Shown here piece by piece: positions 58,627 to 64,000 of a stretch of DNA of 64,000 bases. The position numbers and the translations under genes are program-made. Under the pieces are notes generated by a model. The model did no database searches, was not told the origin of the DNA, and saw nothing but the letters and a program-made list of their open reading frames with translations. Every line of letters starts with the position of its first letter. Positions within the stretch are counted from its first letter, which is position 1. This stretch comes from Chrysomallon squamiferum (taxonomy: Eukaryota > Animalia > Mollusca): assembly GCA_012295275.1 (NCBI GenBank), contig CM022665.1, positions 28,272,001 through 28,336,000 on the forward strand, written 5' to 3'.

Positions 58627-59520
58627 CTGTTAAAAAACATTCAACAAAATATTTATTTATTCTGTGTGGTTTTACAACTTTACAGACTAGTTTTATAATT
58701 TGTTATTATACATCAACAGCTAGCATATTTTACTCTTTGAATGGCTCAAGGAAAGCATGCATGGCAAACTTTCATGCTTATATCAACATTTGAAAACTTA
58801 TATTCACTAGCTCTACCAATTAATTAAAATTACTGAGAAATAAACTGGCTAGGTTTTTGTTTTTAAATGTAAATGAAAATTTATTTTTGACTTGACCTTC
58901 AGTTAAAAATATTTAAATTAAACCTTCCAAAACCCTACAAAAGTCTTATTTCCATTTCATTGTTTAATCTAAACTAGTTACAGTCTTTGCAAATAACAGA
59001 GCATTATTATAATATAGTCTTTTGAAGATGTAGAGGTTGTCTTTTTCATTTTTGTTGTAAATCACTCTTTGACAAAAGTCTGAATGCAGATATGACAAAA
59101 CCTAAGAGATTGAGTAAATCATTATGTCTGCTACAGAAGGGACAAAAGGGATGAAAGAATGGAAAACCTGAAATGACATCAAAGCAGTAGTTTAATAAGT
59201 CACATGTTGGGAGTAATAAGTTATGCAAATACTCATACTCCTTATGACATGAGCTTCTTGCTATACCTATCCTATCTTCATGGCTTGTGTGGTTTCAGTG
59301 ATATACCTAGTTAAACAACAATAATAATAGAAACCTGAATAACTTCTTTAATCATGGGTTCAGAAATATCCTCCAAGAACATCTTTATCATTACATATTC
59401 ATATTTTTTTTTTTTTTTTTTTTTTTTCTTTTCTTTGGGAGTCATTAGGTAAGATATTGCCACATTAATTCAATGGGCACAGCCACACACATATCAAGGG
59501 ATCCAGCCACGTCAACAAAC

Positions 59521-59862
59521 CTCATTTTTCTCTGGAGGGCTAAACTCAATTTTCAATGCTTCTTTTCCTTCTGCCACCCTTCTGGATTGGATAACAAACT
59601 TCAGTTCTTCTTTTATCAGTGTGCTAGGTCCCCCTGCCTCCAATGTTGCCAACGTTGCCACCACCATCTTTTCATCGTGAACCAAGTCTTTCATGCTGCG
59701 AATGTGAGGCATTATGTGAGGTGACGCCAGACACCTGTCATGTACAATGTTTTTCATGCTGCTGTTCAAGTGAGGTGTACCTGGCGATGATTTCAAAGTC
59801 AGTGTCTTTGGGGTGTTGTGCAAAGACACACTGATGCTGGATGCACTGGAGAATGTCGTCAT
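59521..59862 (-). CDS. ATF3: Paralogue D, N-terminal coding exon (start uncertain)
   Basis: Encodes MTTFSSASS...AGGPSTLIKEELKFVIQSRRVAEGKEALKIEFSPPEKNE; donor GAG|GTTTGT, phase 0. Candidate acceptors give exon starts at 59883 or 59867, so an upstream exon is likely. Confidence 0.85.
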
Positions 59863-62800
59863 GACTGCTGGGAGAAGATCATGCTTCAAGAGAAATAAAT
59901 ACATTCTGATAGTTAGGTTTACTAGCTAATTTATTACAAACAGGTTGTTAATGTTTAGTTTTAAGTATCTGTGTGATGTATGTTTTTGCTGTGTATGTGT
60001 ATATATATATATAATTCATATATGTATATTTTTGTTTGCGTGTGTCTGTCTCTGTTGTGTGTGATGAGTAAATATGTGTGTGCATGTTAATGTTAAGCAT
60101 TTATGTTAAGCATTAATTTTTGGGAGTTTCTGACAACATTTTTATTTATTATTTGTTTTTTAAAGTGCAATCTTGCATATTGTCTAATGCTAATAGGTTG
60201 ATTTTAAAAAATAATATTATGTATATATTTCTCAAATTTACATAATTTATCACTTGAAGGGTGTTGGATTAATTAGCTTTGACCAATGCACTGTAATAAG
60301 CAGAATTAATCCATCAATACATTGAATTTTATAACAATAATGTATTTTAAAAATAAATATTTATGCACGTTAAATATCATCATACATAAACTTCTGTATC
60401 ATAAAATAAATAAACACTAATTATTCTGCTTTTAGTGACGACAGTAATGATACTTTGGATATGATAATTATAATGTGACTTCAGTGGACTCAATCCAAAT
60501 ATTCAAATTAATAAAGAAATGAAAATAAAATAAATGATGCAATACTTTCAAATACGACCACATGCATTTAAATGCTATCTTTAAAAAAAAAATCTTATTA
60601 ATAATAGTAATAATAATAATAATAATGATAAATAAATAAATAAAATAAATAAAAGGAATAACAATAAGAATGAATTAAATGTTTTTCAGATTTTATTTAT
60701 TGTTATTGTATTTTTCCCTCACTTTCCTGGAAGCGTTTTAAAATGAACTGTACTAAACAGCTGCGGCAAGTTAAAAGGTGTCTTGCAAACGACACAATAA
60801 TAATAATAATAGGACAAAGTGGAGTCGCTACGCGCCTGCATCCCGATGAATGGGAACGCGCCAGAGCTATGTCATTCAGTTTACTAAATGACCTTGACGC
60901 ATGACGAAGCCCCTATTCTTAGCTGTAGTAAAATATTATAGTTCACGTGTATGACCTTTTTGTTTTATTCAAATATTTTGCGATAAATCTAGCAAATGCG
61001 TGTTGCAAAAACGTTGGAATATTCAAATACATAACTGCTGTAGCCAAATCTGTGGAAGAAAGCTAAAACCGAGCCTAAATTATGTAAATATGAGCTGGAA
61101 TGCTAGGCATTCACTTGCTTGTTTGATCTAGATAAAAACAGGCTTGCGTGATCAGAGCTATAAATAGACATTACATTTTTGAAACGAAGAAATAGGACAT
61201 TACATAAGTAACAATTCTTTTTTGATGCCACAGTTTTTATTATTTCCTCAGAGGTCGAAAATTAACAATGGACATTACTTGTAAGTGAAAACACAAAAGA
61301 ATTATTCAACAAAACATGCAACTTGTAGGTGGGCATTGTCCACGAGGGCAAACTTGCATTACCGTAATTAACAGCTTGCGCGTACTGGTTATAACATTAA
61401 AAAAAAAATATATATTTATTTTTAATATTATTTTATTTTTTTATTTTTTTTTATTTTTTTATATTTCGAAAACGATCAAATAATATGTATCACATATTTC
61501 TGAGATATGACGCTAAATTGAAGGATAGAAACGGCCTCTAATGAATATATTAATACCTTTTTTCTTTAAAAAACCAACGCGATACAAAGAAAAACAAATA
61601 AACAAGCAACAAATAACAAAGAAAATCCTTATTTATTAATTTTATTTATTTATTTATTTTAAAAGTCACCGTACTGATAACTGACAAGCAAAATAACACA
61701 GTTTTTATTTTATTATTATTAAAAAATTTTCTGACATACTTGTTTTCGCCATGAACAGTTTCTATCTACGTTTACGTTTTCAACGACTATCTTTGTTTAA
61801 AAACATTTAACAAAAAGGTCAAAGACTCTTTATTTATTTATTTTTGTAAATTGTTCGAGAAATACGTTTCATCTGTCTCCCAATATGAATTTCGCGCTCT
61901 GAACTATACACAGATTAAATAATGATCCAAACCTAAATCAGAAGAAAAGTAAACGACAGTTTGCTAATGTTATCTATAAAGTAATAAAAAAAAAATAATA
62001 ATAATAATAAAGTAAATAAATAAATAAAAATAAAATAAATACATTTTAAATATCATTAGCCTAATTCCTCGACCACCATATAAGTTCTATAGATAGCAGT
62101 GATGAAATGGGCTAGTAGTAAAGTTATTACAACTATTATTTTTGCTGTAATTACTACAACTTATATTGTTGCTACTACTACCACTGTCAGAACTCTAATC
62201 ACTCCCATTACTTCTAGTATTATTTTTACTACTTCTACTACTAATATTACTACTACTGTTGCTACAACTAATGCTAATAACAATAATAACGATGAAGGGG
62301 AAAACGAGCAAACGAAAATTACACTTTCCTCAAATTATAAATAAATAACAAAATCTGTACTTGTACGATATACAAATGTTTCAAAGAACTAAATGCTACG
62401 GTTTACTATTATTTGTAATTCAGTTTTCAGAGCTTTCAATCTATTTATTTATTTTATTTAATTATTATTATTATTATTACTATTTTAGTTAATAAAAATC
62501 ACTGTAATAAGACTACAAAACATTCAATGTTTCATAAATTAACAGCGTTTCAGTTTTATTATTATATCTACTGTCGTTCCTAATAATATTAGTACTAGTG
62601 TTGCTGCTGCTGCTGCTGCCACTTATACGAATAATAATTACAGAATACGTTTTGAAAGTATTATTATTGTCTTAGCAACTGACTTACCTATTACTAAATT
62701 AACGTTTTTGTCTGCTAATTTATCCATTGGTAAAATAATTAAAGATGTAAAAAATATTTAACAAGTAATGATTTCACCTCGACTTCGTAACAACTGTGTG

Positions 62801-63956
62801 CGCGAAAAAAAAAAAAAAAAAAAAAACTTCGTGAACAACGAATGGCTGTTCAAAACGGTTGATGGAGACGAATAATAGCTTAATTTTATTTTAAGAATAT
62901 AGTTTTACAACAAAGAAGATATAACGTGAAGCGTCTAACAAAAAGTTAAACAAATCCAGCAACACTGGGGAACAAAGCCAAATCAGTATTTAGTATCTGT
63001 GCAATTTAGCCAGTATACGAAACTAAAACACTACACCCGCCAAAGATATCTTTCCAATTAATTCTATTCATGTACTTCTTTGTTAATATTTGTCTTTCTA
63101 TTCAGTTTCGTCATGGATAAAAATATTTCAGCCGAAAAATAATTTTAACGAGGCCCATGTAAATAATAAATTTGGCAGGTTCACTATGAAACAGGTATTA
63201 GCTACATGTTTAGTTATTGGTATATGATTATAAAACTAATGAAACTGATGTTTTAATATATTCAAAACAATATTGTGTGAACAAAGTGTTACAAATATAT
63301 TTATTAAAAAGAGCGGACATTATTTCATTATTCTGTTATTTTGGTCGTTTTTTTGTTTTGTTTTTTTTTTGTTTTTTTAAAGTGTGAGTTAAACTCTCAT
63401 CACATTTTTTGTAATTTTAAAAATAAAGAACTCTCTCTCGTAAATAATAAATAATTATGTAAACTGGATGCATTAAATATACAGGGATTTCAAAATACTA
63501 AATCAAAAAAAAAAAAACCCATTAAAATAAATAAATAATTAATAATAATAATAAATAAAATAAAATAAATAATGGTTTTGATTTTAGATAATTAGTGTGA
63601 AGGATCTGTAACGACAAAAATCGAGTTAAATAAAAGGATGAACATAACGTTTTATTTTAAAAGTAATTATATAGAATGAATACGTTAACTAATAACGTTT
63701 ATATATGAATGGAATGCAATCCCCATCCCCTTAAAAAAAACCACCAGACAATAATTATTTCTGATATTTAATTTAAGGCATTGAAAATAATTTTTTTTAT
63801 AAAGAGATCATAACAAACAGCTATTTTTGTTATTTGATAAAATACGGTACTGAATTAACCTCACTGATCTCCCCTGATAATCAAACATAACTGCAAGCTA
63901 CTACATCTGCACCCATAATGTGCAAAATTAACACTTTGTCCATGTGGTCTACTCAC

Positions 63957-63996
63957 AGTTTTGCTTCAGATTGCTTCCTTCTACGACGTCATCCAT
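63957..63996 (-). CDS. Possible upstream coding exon of D (MDDVVEGSNLKQN, phase 1)
   Basis: ATG at 63996 in GC-richer sequence; donor ACT|GTGAGT. Phase 1 is compatible with acceptor cttctcccag| at 59867. Truncated by the window edge, and it could belong to another gene. Confidence 0.3.
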
Positions 63997-64000
63997 GCAA

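Overview
AT-rich, microsatellite-dense animal genomic DNA with spliceosomal introns; it looks mollusc/lophotrochozoan-like, but the taxon is inferred. Most ORF-track entries are simple-repeat artefacts. The real content is a head-to-tail array on the minus strand of four diverged ATF3/JDP2/Fos-type bZIP genes, here called A-D. A: N-terminal coding exon 4273-4503 only, the rest presumably off-window. B: 37949-37728 / 27111-27004 / 24577-24434, 157 aa. C: 44784-44524 / 43303-43196 / 42663-42514, 172 aa. D: 59862-59521 / 58626-58519 / 57604-57449, about 201 aa. All four share an N-terminal TPLxKEELKxxIQxRRxxEGKxxL motif. B, C and D each have a 108-nt phase-0 basic-region exon and a zipper ending in HxxxC. 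The paralogues differ at functional positions: Phe replaces Cys/Ser in the DNA-contact signature of B and C, an RRLS kinase site is present in A-C but not D, and a PLNLS CtBP-type motif is present only in D. In D the zipper-exon splice acceptor is tandemly quadruplicated, which could give zipper-less isoforms. The locus is rich in CRE/ATF-type sites, including a duplicated paired-CRE module and a CRE overlapping a stop codon. It also holds a 5S rRNA pseudogene, a Tigger/pogo deletion derivative, a decayed hAT-like element, a hairpin MITE and several minisatellites.
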